From Eledone cirrhosa (lineage: Eukaryota), in contig OZ024758.1 of the NCBI GenBank assembly GCA_964016885.1, forward strand, positions 25,234,001 through 25,298,000: a DNA stretch of 64,000 nt, given 5' to 3'. Position 1 is the stretch's first letter. Every line of letters starts with the position of its first letter. Under the pieces are notes generated by a model, which saw only the letters and a list, made by a program, of their open reading frames with translations, ran no database searches and was not told the DNA's origin. Shown one piece after another: positions 63,466 through 64,000 of this stretch. Both the position numbers and the translations under genes were made by a program.

Positions 63466-63640
63466 ATGCGAGTCGGCTGAGAAGTTCATAAGCTGACCAA
63501 GATACTCTCATGAGATGACCAAATGAGGTTATATATTTCAACATAGTTCCTGAAAAGAAACAATGTAGTTATTAATAAATCTCATTTGATCATTCCCTGA
63601 GAATATTTTGGCCAGCCTATGAACTTTTCAGCCGACCCCC
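63466..63640. mobile_element. Mariner-like MITE, deleted form
   Basis: GTCGGCTGAGAAGTTCATAAGCTGACC...GGCCAGCCTATGAACTTTTCAGCCGAC. Confidence 0.8.
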
Positions 63641-64000
63641 CCCCCCGACCCTCAACTGACTTGGACCCTTGTATTCTATAGACTCTGCCAATTGGCCATA
63701 AGATTTATGACAATACCACTAGAGCCCCCTATCAACAGAACCACTTATTTTGTTGTTATTGCTAAACATCTACAGAGAAGATGCTACTTCCTGCTTCCTT
63801 AGCACCACATTTTCATCTGGTAACCTACCCCCACTCCGCCCCTTGTCAACACCCCCCACCCCCCCCCCCCCCCACCCCCACGCCACGCCCCACCCACCCC
63901 AACCCCCCGAGCTTTTTTTTTATAAGATTAAAAAAAAAAAAAAAATCAAACTGAAAGTGGTTGTAGCAGTTATACTGTTGATGATGATGATGATGATGAT

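Overview
Eukaryotic, AT-rich and almost entirely repeat-derived DNA with a 200-N scaffold gap at 7883-8082. The SINE/LINE/MITE repertoire looks like an octopod cephalopod genome (inferred from memory of these families, not searched). No host protein-coding gene can be established. The only lead is a repeat-poor 9.1-10.7 kb island with promoter-like motifs and splice donors, plus one possible 57-bp exon. The real coding sequence is retrotransposon-derived: an R4/Dong-type RLE element, an RTE-BovB-like LINE with three C2H2 fingers, several RTE LINEs, a Tx1-like 3' end and a Penelope-like fragment. Nearly all other long ORFs are microsatellite or minisatellite artefacts. The main hidden signal is a set of about ten minimal type I hammerhead-ribozyme folds (CUGANGA...GAAA-short stem III-UH). 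They sit in short, mostly (TA)n-flanked, Penelope pLTR-like elements, several of which form 80-180 bp fold-back hairpins. Also notable are minisatellites born from LINE, SINE and MITE sequence, modules shared between RTE 3' ends and SINEs, and nested TTAA-MITEs. Coordinates of degenerate repeats are approximate.
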